From: Glaucostegus cemiculus
Taxonomy: Eukaryota
Length of the DNA stretch: 64,000 nucleotides
NCBI GenBank assembly: GCA_976551045.1
Contig: CDPCPM010000007.1
Span: forward strand, 16,802,001 to 16,866,000
Reading direction: 5' to 3'
Position 1 is the stretch's first letter. Every line of letters starts with the position of its first letter. Under the pieces are notes generated by a model. That model did no database searches. It saw only the letters and a list, made by a program, of their open reading frames with translations, and had not been told where the DNA came from. The position numbers and the translations under genes are program-made. Shown here piece by piece: positions 14,718 to 26,574 of the stretch.

Positions 14718-14848
14718 CTGGAGGAACTCAAAAGGGTCAAGCAGCATCTGCAGAAGGAGATGGACAGTTGACCTTCCAGGTTGAGACCTGAAATGTTGAC
14801 TGTCCATTTCCCTCCACAGATGCTGCCTGACCTGCTGAGTTCCTCCAG
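14718..14848. repeat. Palindromic (head-to-head) Penelope terminal-repeat derivative, ~62-bp arms
   Basis: ctggaggaactca...ttccagg / cctgaaat...tgagttcctccag are diverged reverse complements around a ttgaga loop. Confidence 0.85.
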
Positions 14849-15879
14849 CAGTTTTTTTTTTACTGCCTTGCACATATTCAATTAATTTTTAAAATCAAAT
14901 TGTACACCCATTAGACTGGCTATCATCTACAAATATAAAATTTTATTACTTCACACATTTTCCCATTCTGTCCAAATTTATAATACGATCTATCTAAACT
15001 TGTCTCACCACATTTACCCCAACATCCGTAACGGCCCCATCCCAGTTGAAGTATTGCAGACAATGCACCAGAGTAGGAAAAGGGAAGTCTGAACAAATTG
15101 GAAGCAGATTTAGGGAAGGGTGGGACAACATCCATTCAAATACACCAAAATTCCCTGGCCAAAATGCCCCCCGATAAATATCAGTAATTCAGTACAACCA
15201 CACCAATGTAGAAATCCACTTTTTCCTCATTAGGGCAATTTGCATTTATTTCCATTGATTGAATTTACTTGAATGTTCTAGGTGTTGCTGTTTAATTCTT
15301 TTTAAATGATTTTTACTAATTTTTAATAGCTTGCTTGCTTTAATGTTTGAGTCAGTGTTCATAGTATTTTTCAGCATTTATGTGGGCAAGGTTTTTTCTG
15401 GACCACCAATATGATGGTATTTACATTCAGAATAGTTCTCTAATGAAGATCAGGACAGGTTCTGCAAGGAGGTTCTAGCCAGGGGATCTGCATAAGAGCA
15501 GGCAGGCAATCTTCAAGTGTAAGCAGCTCACCTCTGCTGAGACTTTCTGGGTTATTTTTTAAACAAAGGCTGAGAATTATTTTAAATTTCAGACACAGAG
15601 AATGTTGACTGTTTTGCTACCAATTCTAATATTTTTTAAACCATTGCTCCTTGTGCTATGCAGTTTATAACTATTTTTGCTTTGCAACTAAATCACATTC
15701 TGTTACTGGTGAAGCAATGGACCAAAACACACCTTAGTAATAACTAACATGGTAATTAAAAATGAAGCTAGCATGTAAATATTCAGCAAGACTGGCAGAG
15801 TCCTTCTTAAACGGCTGCTATTCCTTATGTTCAAAGTTTTTTGTTTTTCTTCATTTTCTGCCTTCCTTTCTTAAAACAC

Positions 15880-17080
15880 AAATTTTGATGTACAGTCCCA
15901 GGAGACCAAACTGATAGTTTTCATGTCCAATACCTACAAAGGATAGTTAATGGAGGATAAAATAGATTATCTAGTGAATGTAGCATACTTAGGTTTTCAC
16001 AAGATTTTTCAGAAAATACAGCAAGGTTAGAGCACATGGAATTGGGAATGATTGTCTATTAACTAATTTAAAGCCAAAGCTAAAATTGCATAAATATATC
16101 TTTCTCATGTTAGTAAGTCATTGGGTATTGACCCTTGAGGCCTAATTATTCACAATCTATAGATCAATGACTTGGCTGAAGGGACTAAGTGTCACATTTC
16201 CAAGTTTACTTATGATACAAAATTAGATGGGATTGTGAATAGGAAGGAGAATGTAAGAAGGTTTCAATACAATTTAGTCAAGCTGAGTGAGTGGGTAAGA
16301 ACATTGTAGATAATGTGGAAAAATGAGGGGGCATCGATCTTGCTGCACAAAAAAGAAATAATGTTTTTTTTAAATGGTGACACACTAGAAGTATTAATGT
16401 TCAAAAGGGACCAGGATGTCTTTATAGACAAATTAATGTATATATGTGGCAAGGAATTATCAAGGTAACTGGTATGTTGGCCTTTATTGAGAGAATTTGA
16501 GTACAGGAGCAAATAAGTCTTACTACAATTTACATGGGGCTTGGGTGAGAGAGCACCTGGAATATTGTGTTGTGCAGAGTTTTGATCTCCTTACCTAACA
16601 ATATATTTGCCAGACAAGGAGTGCAATGAAGATTCAAAAGACTGGGCCATGCAATAGCAGGTTTGCTACATGAGGAAAGATTGGGTAGACATTACCTGTA
16701 TTCTCTATAATTTACAAGAACAAGAGATAATCTCACTAAAATTTACAAATAGCTAATGGAGTCTTTGCAGGGAGAGATGATTTCCCCCGAGTATGGCGCC
16801 AATAACCAGAGGTCAGTACCTTGCATTAAGGAGTAGGCCATTTAGCACTGAAATGAAAAGAAATTTCTTCCGTTAGAAGTCAATCAGTTGTTGGTATTCC
16901 CTACAGTGGAGAGCTATGGAGTGTTAGTCACTAAGTTCATTCAAAACAGAGATTCAAGAGATTTCAGGATATTGAGAGAATCACAGGAAATTGGGATAGT
17001 GTAGGAAAAATGGAACTGAGGTAGAGGATCAGCCACAATCCTGAGGAAAGGAAGAAATGGCTTGAGGAATCAGATCCTTA
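15880..17080 (+). mobile_element. Old decayed CR1 LINE
   Basis: Degenerate RT motifs (atttccaagtttacttatgatacaaaattag = ISKFADDTKL-like) and CR1 3' end. Confidence 0.7.
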
Positions 17081-19829
17081 AATCATCCTAGCAAAAAGTG
17101 TCCAAAAATAAAACATTGAATAGAATTTCTCACAGAGTTTCTGAGTAGTCAAGTGACAGAAGGCAAAATCATTATTATAGAGGAGCAAGGGATACAGTAC
17201 TGCTTCATCTGGTCTCCTGTTGTTTGGCATTTATCACTGAATCTTTTCAACTTTTAGTAGGGTAAGATGCTCCTTTGCTGCCAACAAGATAGGATAGTTT
17301 CTGAACCAAGGTCTCTCTCAACAACATTAGGATTTGAAGCTTCCAGTTTATTTCAAATTGATGGCAGGGAATCCTTTCCAAAATAGTTACAGATAATGTT
17401 ACAAATCTGCAATAACCTTTCTGCTACTCCCTTGCCCCTTCAAAAAAAAGATATCTCATCAAGTTTCAATGAGTGAAGTAATTTTTCCAGTAATGTCCAT
17501 ATCTCCATTCAAACATCTGCAGTCTTTGAGTAGTGTTTGTGATAATCTGTATGTGTAAATTCTACCCAGCAATCTTATTAAAATGCCATGTGTGTGTAGA
17601 ATATCTCATATTATACACTTTAAAAAAATACACAAGCACTTAACTCTTCACATGGAATAAGTAGAAAAGCAAAACAAAGCTGTGTAAATAAATAATTAAG
17701 CGGTGTTCCCATAGCAATTATCAGCCAGGTGCAGGATGGGTTAATTATGCTCATACATCATTATAACCACGCAGGAAGATGTTGGAATTGTGTGTATAAT
17801 CTGATCAATTGACTGCATCTATACATGGAGCCCTCTAAGGAAAAGTGGTCTTTTGGTTGTAGGGCACAGTAAGATATTGCCAAGGATGTCTTGACAAAAG
17901 TGTTTGACTTCAGTTTATACAGAGGTAATATATTTAGGATTTGGGGGTTTAATATATTTGAAATACTCTGATGACCATAGGGCAAATAAAGTGATCAAAG
18001 CACTGCTATGTATCCAGACCCAGATGAAATGTGTTGGACAGCACTGAACCATCTGCAGTCCTAAAGTTGAATAGACTGGTATGAGGTAGGAAATCATGAA
18101 CAAATAAGATATCCACAGATTTATTTCTAATATTTGCTTGCAGCAGGACTTAGTCATGGTCAATATCTTTTCTGTTACCATACAGGTAGAAGTGAATGAA
18201 TTCATGCCTGACTCGCAACTTTTTGCTTTTTCAGAAAACAGTTTCATGACTAAAATGGACTAATATTGCAAGATCTTTGCTTAGCCCATCAAATGGATCA
18301 CATTTGGTTTTATTGCAAAATTAGAGCTGATTTCATACAGTTGATGTAAAGCAACAGAAAAAGGCATGTGAAGCTCCATTGGTGTTGGCCTCTGGCATTC
18401 AACACACAAGCTACTGTTTTTCATCAAGATCTAAATTGTCTGGAAAGCTAACACACAGTTAGAGGTTGTATGAACACAAGCAGTGGAAAACATCAATGCT
18501 TAAGAGATACTTTACATTCACCTAACACCATAAATAAACTTCTGAGTACTATTAGAACATGACTATTTTAGCCACTTTAATTCTCCATCCCACTGATTTT
18601 GGTTCAGATTTTTTCCCTCTCCATTAGTGCAGCCTAACCTGATTACATCTCACATCCCTGCTATTAGCCACACAAAGCAGCAATCACCCTCTACCTGCTC
18701 CAATTACAGACATTCCCCTGTACTATCCACTTCTTCCACACCATCTCTGCAAACTAGTTACCTTCATTTTTTTTTCTTAGTTTTCAACCTGAAGTATTAA
18801 CTGCATCTCTTTCCACAGATGCTACCTGACCAGTTGAGTGTTTCCAGCAATATTTTTGTGCTGTTTTAGCCTAAGCATTGCAGCAAGTTTCATATTATAT
18901 GACAGTTCTATTTATTGTGACAGAATGATGAATAAATGCAAAATAAGATGCTTCACTTTTTCCATAAAGTACGTAGCCTCACAAAGAATCCAAATGTGCG
19001 TGCAATTGTCAGAAGCTCCCACAAAATAGTACACATCAGTGTTGGATGGGACACAAACTGTAGCTCATTTGTGTGGTAGTGAGGTGCTGTTCTAATAACT
19101 GTTTACACAGGCAAAAGCATCAGCTGGACATTGAAGCTATGAGCTCAAGTACGATTGAACTGGTGACTTGGGTATCATCCCATAGCTCAGTTATTGGCCA
19201 TGAATACAATAAATAAGTTCTGAATATATGTATGCTATTTAGTGATTTCATATTCAAGATCTTCCATGGTATTAAATAATCATTAAAAATGCCTAATTGT
19301 TAAATCTGGTCCTTTCAAACTGGGGATTCACTCCAATTATTTGATATTTTAGAATATTCAGCCAAATTCCTTTCATATTTAATTCCCAAGTTAAACTCAA
19401 TATTCAATTTCTACACATTAATTGTTCAATCCAAAGCTAGTTACTGATCACTTTTATGATCCCAGCTGTGGGCCAAACTTTCACTCCTTCAATTGGTTCT
19501 GTTTCTACAGACAAGACCAGGAATGAATAAATTGGAACACTGCAACTTTCATGCAGAATCAAAAGGCTTGTACTCCACCCCAATTCTGGATTTAGTCAGT
19601 ATTAGGTGAGCCTTCACCAACAAATTCAAACAGGAATTTAGAGATCATTCTTAATACCAAATAATTCTTTCTGATGGCTATCCTGAATTGTTTTTTTCCA
19701 CCATCAGTTTTCTTGGAATGTCTAGAAGTTGCATACTCACCTTATTTGTGTAGAAACACGCTGCCCTCAAATACTTATTTCTGAGGGTTAAAGTTTTAAT
19801 TTCTCTGGAGAGCAACAAGACTAGGAAAC

Positions 19830-21030
19830 CTTGTGGCTCTGGTCCTATTGGCCATTTGTGGAGGGGAGAGGTAAGACTCGATGGGTAACATTCAGGCCCC
19901 TACTTCAACCTTTTCTTTCCATTACATTGATGACTTGATTGGTACTACTTTGATATGGAACTCAAAAACAAAATTCATAGCCTTCACTTGCCCATTTCCA
20001 TTCTACTGTCATCTTCATTTGGCCCATTTTGTTTCTTTACCAAATCTGGAAAAATGTGTCAACCAAATTTGCATTATAAGCCCACAGCATCTTTGAAGGC
20101 TTTCTACCACCCTACTTTCTGTAAGGTCTCCATTCCATTCTCCCAGTTTCTCCATTTTCATTGGTATTGAAAGTTTCTTCAATGCACATACAATGCCTTC
20201 AAGAAGTCTTTTTCCTTAACCATGGCTTCCCTTCTACAGGGTTCTCAACTGCAGTTTTTCTGTTTCTTGCACTTCTACTCTCACCTATTCTTCTCCTAGC
20301 CTGAGCAAGGACAGGGTTTCTTCATTCTCATTTTCTATCTCCAGACACATTATCCACCTCCCAGTACTGAGGGGACTGTTCTGCCTGAGACTTTTTGGTT
20401 CACTCTACACATTGTACTTTCCCATGCAACATTTGCTCTTTTACCTCTTCCCTTCAGGGTGAAGTAGCAATTCATTCGCACTTTGTCCAATTTAATGTAT
20501 TGTATTCAGTGCTTACGATATGATCTCCTGGAGGAACCAAACAGGTTGGGTAATCACTTTGCAGAATACATCCTTTCAGACTGCATGATCCTGAGCATCC
20601 AGTCACCTGTCGCTTTACTTCTTGTTCCACTCTGACCTGTCATCAGTCAGCTATTTTCAACAATGTCTAACATATGCCCGCAGAACCGCACCTCATCTTC
20701 CATCTGGGTTTGTTGCAGTCTTTAGGATTCAATTATTGAATTCAAGAATTTCAGGCAATCATTTTTTTCCTTCTCTCCACAGATGTTGGCAATTTCAGTT
20801 TTAATTTATTCTTTTTCCACTTGGCTTAGCTGATGAAATTTCAAGTAAATATCACCACAATAACTTTAGTCTGCATCTTATTCACTGTAGTCCCTTTCCA
20901 TTCACCCTTCTGCTCCTTAAAACAGGCTTGATTTCCCACTTGACTTCTGATGGTCACTGATCTGAACATTGATTCTGCTTCTCTTTGGATGCAGCCCAAC
21001 TTGCTGAACTCTAAAACATTCTGTTTTTGT
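19830..21030 (+). mobile_element. Decayed Penelope-like element (RT, GIY-YIG, terminal repeat)
   Basis: FHYIDDLIG and LHYKPT in ORFs; degenerate NLxYCIxC..GET..RLG..FAEH at ~20480-20570; terminal motif ~20945-21030. Confidence 0.75.
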
Positions 21031-21708
21031 CCCTCAGTGGAAATCTCCTTTTACAATTACCTGATAGCCTACATACCAAGAGCTATTTCAGATGTACTTC
21101 TAAGGATTCAAACAAATAACTAGTCTTTTTTGAAAAAATATTTAACAACAATTAGACTAAAATTGCTTTCTCAAATTGAAAGATAATATAATCACTATTT
21201 AAAGTTTGCTATATTTAATTATATCTCCCAATTGTTGTGTTATAAATTGCTGCAAAATACTCACGATAGGTTGAAGGTTAACTACAGGTATTTGATCCCT
21301 GGTGCAATTATCATTTTAATATCATGAATTTATACTATATAGACTATATTGTAAGCTATGGCACAAAAATTTACACAATCTTACCAGCCTCTCTCCTATC
21401 CCCAGCATTACATTCCCATTGTTAAAAGGGCTGCATTCAGAGGCATAAACTTAATTTGTGTTGAATTAAGATTAAAGTTGTTAAGTATTTAGATGAGAAA
21501 CAGAATAAGATAAACTAGGTGGATAACGTAGACCAACTGGGCTCAAGATGTCACAGAATCAAAATTACAAAATATTTTGCACATCAACTGCGATCCAACT
21601 AAATATGACCAGGCTTGAAATGACCTACTCTAGTATTCTCTCAGCACAAGGAATTGCCCTAACCTAATAGACATTCTTCATTTATGAGAATGGGCAAAGT
21701 ATTCTATA

Positions 21709-21937
21709 GGTGGCACAGTAATGTAGCTGTTAGCGTGACACTTACAGCACCAGTGATCGGGGTTCAATTCCTGTCGCTGTCTGTAAGGAGTTTGTACGTT
21801 CTCCCTGTGTTAGTGTGGGTTTCCTCTGGGTGCTACAGTTTCCTCTCATATTCCAAAGACATGTGGGTAGGTTAACATGGGTTTAAATGGGCAGCGCAGA
21901 CTCGTTGGACCAGAAGGGGCTGTTACTATGCTGTATA
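21709..21937 (+). mobile_element. tRNA-derived V-SINE with CR1-type tail
   Basis: B-box ggttcaattcc, V-domain ggagtttgtacgttctccctgtg..gggtttcctctgggtgct; tail similar to CR1 3' end at ~41500-41550. Confidence 0.85.
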
Positions 21938-23439
21938 ACTAATGTTTTATTGGCAGAGAGCCACTTGCTCCCATCCTCACCTAATGGTCATTTTCCAGCA
22001 GAAGTCAAAGCTAGCAGAAATAGACACATTGTGTGCCTTTCTTGCCCAAGCACATTTGCTTCCCATCAACTAATCCAGCAGATATTTAGAATCTGCATGG
22101 TTTGTGCACCAGAAATCCAGTAAAGAAATAAATCACAAACGATGGAGGGATAACATTCAATTACTGTTGATAATGTCAAACTCAAATTATACAATCCAGA
22201 AAATTAAAAGCACCAATATCATGCTATCAGAAACTGAGTTTCAGTATCAGCCACAATTGATTATTTAAGATGTTCATGATAACATCTATAAAATAATAAA
22301 AGTTGCAAAATTTTAAATTGCAAGTTGTGAAAATCAAAAGGAAAATCTTCCCTAGTGTGTACCAGAAGAATAAAGTTTTATGGCTCCTGAGAAGCCCAAC
22401 ATGAAGAGGGGAGCAATGCTAGATTTGCTGCTTGAAACTGTTGCCATTTTAAATAGTTTCAGAAAAATAACATTAGGAATTGCATTTGCTGCTTTGCATT
22501 TAATACTAAAATAGAAATTAGTGATAATTTGTCTCATTTCATGGCTGTTTATTACATTTGAGGCTGAACTGTGAATGTTTCTCTGCCCATTTAACACTCT
22601 CTCCTCACCTTAGACCAAAATAATGCTGTTTGAATTAACTTTTAAATATTTTATAGGAAATCTTCAGGAATCCAAGTTACTGAAGGAAACTTATGTGAAG
22701 CATTGACAGTAACTGAAAAATAAGCGATGATAATAAAATGATTTAAGGAAGTTACTTCAAAGTACAATAGTTTAAGGCATGACATTGTGAAACTAAGCTG
22801 ACCACTGGTAGAAACATAAATTGTACTGGATATCAAAAATTAATTTTCCTTTAATATATTCCTGAAGATCAAGATTTGCAAGAAATGGTTAACATCAGTA
22901 TACAAAAGGGACAGATTTCCAGGAGTGAAAATCCCAAACTTCACACTTCCAAACAGAACAACTCCTTTTGAAAGCTGCAATATTGGATTTATTATTCACT
23001 GATTGTGGTAAAACTCACATCACACAAGAAATACTGCATTACAATTTCAAAATTTCTTCTTCAAGCAGGTTACTGTAGGTATTGAATTGCATTGTTGGAA
23101 ATTAGACCAAGGCTGACCAAATTTAAATTCATTGATTCCATAACAGTTGTTTTTTCACTACCTGAAATGAATAATTCCACCAGTTGTCATGTAACAGGAT
23201 GGCGTTACAGCATAATGAAGTGTGGATTCTCCTCACTCCACTTCATTTTGTTTTTACAATCCTTGCTCATCTACAGCTTACACCACAATTGCTTCTTCCA
23301 GCTACGCAACGTGGCACCTGCTCAACGAGAAAGACTTTTAATTTCTGTTTTGCTACCAACATAATGGTTACGATGATGCTGTGCAGTATACCATCAGCAT
23401 TTCTAATAGGTCAAGATAGAACAGAACATAATGAAACCA

Positions 23440-24545
23440 GGATACCTAATACTGAATTGGTTTAATAATAAAGCTAAATTTCTTTGTATTTTAAGTACAT
23501 GTATTGTCCATTTGTAAACATTTACTTCACCAATAAACCAAAAAAAAATTTCCAGGAGCCAGAATATGGTATGTGTTTCTATTGCTACTAAGCAATGTAA
23601 CTAGTGAACACCAATCATAATTTGGTTTCTCTAGAATTTTGCTTTTTCTACAGTACATGTCACTGCATATCATGGGTCACTTTTATTAAAAGCATCGTTA
23701 CTACAGTTGGCAGCAATTTACATCTTATCTTACATGATAGCAGTTTTCAATTTTTTAAAAAACATCACAACAAAGAAAACATACATTTACAAAGTCATGT
23801 TTGTAAACTTCAATGCTAGTAGAACTGAGGTAATGCTGTTTAGCTTTGTGGCTAAAGTAACAAAGTCCTTTCTTTAGAGAAATGTACCTGAATTTTGTTT
23901 ACAACAGTGCATTACAAGAAAAAAAATCATGAGACAATGCAAATCAACTGTAGTTTATGTCAGAAATTGTGTCACCCTTCAGGCTTTTTATTGTCCAGAT
24001 TTTTTTTAAAAAAAAACATTCAACAGCTGCCAAGTTATTGCTGTGCCTCCGGGGTGAGACCTTCACACTATCGTGGGGATTGTCAGTGTGGACTCTTTAT
24101 ATACAGTCAAATCTATAGGCAAGATATGTTCTACAATGACTTTTGTCCATCTGTGCTCTTCACAGCAATGTTAAATATACATCTTCATTATTCCTTTATC
24201 AGCAGAAACTACTTCGGTCATTAACAATCACATGCCATGATCGAAGTTTGTTGCGTATCACAAATTACCATTGGTGAAAAACAAAAAGCAGAGCATTTAT
24301 TTTAACTTCATTCCTTAAATTCAGACACAATTTTGAACTTGATATCGCTTCTAGGATAATAAATAATGCACTGCATAATACTTATGACCAAGACATCTTT
24401 GACATCTGCATAACATGACTTGGAAATTTGCTACACTATGTTACAGAGATAGCTTAAAAAACTATGTGTGGACATTTAATGAATATGTAAACAGTAGGAC
24501 TACGACTTGAAGAGTTTTAAAACACTTAAGTAACTGGAAATGTAA
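23440..24545 (-). promoter_or_regulatory. CHD7: CHD7 3' UTR (end uncertain) with candidate poly(A) signals and miRNA seed sites
   Basis: AT-rich region after the stop with no recognisable repeat; minus-strand AATAAA at 23987-23992 and 23682-23687, ATTAAA at 23461-23466; another AATAAA at 22988-22993 could extend it. Confidence 0.6.
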
Positions 24546-25460
24546 TTAATCCTCATCTTCCTCCTCTTCTCCCTCTACTGAGTCCAACCCTGTTGCCTGT
24601 ACCAATTCATCTTCCACAAGAGAAGAATCTGCTGGTTTACTGGGGCTTCCCACAGGATCACTGTCATCTGAGTTGGCTTCTCCTTCAATAAAACTGCTGT
24701 CTTCAGTTTTGCCATCTGTCTTATCCTCTTTGTCATCACTTGAGCTTACTGTGCTCTGCAGTCCAGCCAGTGCAGTATGAGGAAACCCAGACAAGGTCAT
24801 TCCCAGGCCAGGAGGAAGAAACATAGATGGGTAGAATAATCCAGGAGCCATAGTGGAAAGCAAGAATGGGTTGAATGCGAGAGGATTGTTGGATAGTCCA
24901 GTGGTTGCAGTAGCTGTGAAAGAGCTTGAACTTGCACTATTCGAATCAACTGCAGATTCTGCACTGTTTATTTCTTTATCTTCATTTTCTTTATCATTTT
25001 CTTTATCATTTTCTGTCTTAGATGAAATACCACTTTCTGTTTCACTCGGACCCGATGCTGCTGAAGAAGTACTAGCTGTAGCAGTCAAGGGGTTGCTTAA
25101 CAAGCTTCCTAGTCCAAACATATTGGGCAGTCCTGCCATGCCTGGGAGCATCAGTGGTAGTAAAGAAGCAGGGTTTTTTGTATCTCCTCCTGTAGAAGCT
25201 GTAGCAAGGCCTGATGGGAAGCCCATCAATCCAGCTAATTGAAGACTCTGCAGGTTTTGTAAGTTCTGGAGGCTTGCAAGATCCATTCCAGCAAAAAGAC
25301 TATTCATCAGTAGTGGGTTTATTCCTGAAGCCGAAGCAGCAGCTGCCACCGCAGCTTTGGCAATCTCACTCTTAGGCCGTCTTCCTCTCCTACTTGCTCC
25401 CTCCTCTCGAACAACTGGTCCAGTGAGAACACGGTCAAACATGGACTCTGGTAAAAACCC
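24546..25460 (-). CDS. CHD7: CHD7 terminal coding exon (exon 38 equivalent, 915 bp incl. TAA stop)
   Basis: [35 protein letters not shown]...[17 protein letters not shown]...[29 protein letters not shown]...EEEEDED*; acceptor ctttttccag. Confidence 0.97.
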   Translation of the reverse strand, partial: GFLPESMFDRVLTGPVVREEGASRRGRRPKSEIAKAAVAAAASASGINPLLMNSLFAGMDLASLQNLQNLQSLQLAGLMGFPSGLATASTGGDTKNPASLLPLMLPGMAGLPNMFGLGSLLSNPLTATASTSSAASGPSETESGISSKTENDKENDKENEDKEINSAESAVDSNSASSSSFTATATTGLSNNPLAFNPFLLSTMAPGLFYPSMFLPPGLGMTLSGFPHTALAGLQSTVSSSDDKEDKTDGKTEDSSFIEGEANSDDSDPVGSPSKPADSSLVEDELVQATGLDSVEGEEEEDED

Positions 25461-26393
25461 CTGGAAAAAGAACAGCAGGGTCACTACAATGAACCCTAAA
25501 CTGCAATGAACACATTATCATTGATTTACAGCTTCAAAATTAAATTTTGATTACACACTAATATCACTCAAGATATTGAAAACCTCTACATTATCTATTC
25601 AAATTCCCAAATACTGTGCACCTAGAGATAAATGCTTCAGTGCTGCAGTGACAAGATAAGGGTACCATTTCAAATCTAAATTCTGCCAACACACAACAAT
25701 GCCAACACTTAGGGAAAACCAATTTCAGACAAGATTTGATGGATAGCTGCCAAATGTGCCTCATCAGGAACATTATCACATACAGAAATAAGACCAGATG
25801 AAAGTGAGATTTTTAGGGAATTTAGTTTTTCCCTATTCAAGAGTATTTTAATAACTTCCAGAAAAATACAACCACACTGTTGAATTGTCATTCATAAACA
25901 ACTCAATTTTTACCAAACACAAGTCATGATAAAGTTTTATATAACATGACTCAATGATGACCTTTTAAAGTGGTCTTATGACACTTGTAATCTATTACAA
26001 CTTGGTTCAAAGAGTCATCACTTGATGCAACTTTAACTGATCTGCCATAAAAAACTGAGTGATCCATTATTAATCTTGAACAGAAATAAGCTCCAATTCC
26101 AAAGTCAAAAGGGTAGGAATTGATCCTCTGGCCCATGCACTAAATGAGCAGTGTGTGTGTGTTTTCCCACTGACTTCTATGGAGCCAAAGGAGGCAGAGC
26201 ACAACAAATAAATGCTACCATATTGTCTTTAGTGCTCGAGGCCAAGACAAATTTCCACTCCAAGACAATTCACAAAGCCCATGATTAATACATTGTTATA
26301 CACAGACCTACAAGTTCTACATTATACACAGATTCTCAAACACAATCATTTTATTTTGTTAAGGCTGGTCATGACAAGAAAAGCCACACTTAC

Positions 26394-26498
26394 AGATTGC
26401 TTGACCACATCAGCCCAATCAGGTGCAACAGCAAACTCAGGATTTTCTTCAAGCCATCTTGGCAAATCTTTCATTGGTGGGGCCATGGCACCACCCAT
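26394..26498 (-). CDS. CHD7: CHD7 coding exon (exon 37 equivalent, 105 bp; end of second BRK domain)
   Basis: [35 protein letters not shown]; acceptor tttatttag, donor gtaagt. Not in ORF track on this strand. Confidence 0.96.
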
Positions 26499-26574
26499 CT
26501 AATAAATATGGAAAAAGGTATTAAATAAGTCAAAGTATTACTTAAGCTATTAACTCAAATTCATATATTTAAAG

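Noticed and set aside
1-22500. Many 60-180 aa ORFs in the intergenic region as candidate novel genes
   Set aside because: They are TE fragments or low-complexity chance ORFs, with no coherent exon chain or recognisable host-protein motifs.
24970-25015. 12-nt tandem repeat encoding [14 protein letters not shown]
   Set aside because: Ordinary slippage in a disordered acidic region; the human protein has a similar E/N/D/K-rich stretch.
24853-25242. 129-aa plus-strand ORF, and similar antisense ORFs at 35901, 36187, 31151 and 51518
   Set aside because: Antisense shadows of CHD7 exons with no independent evidence.
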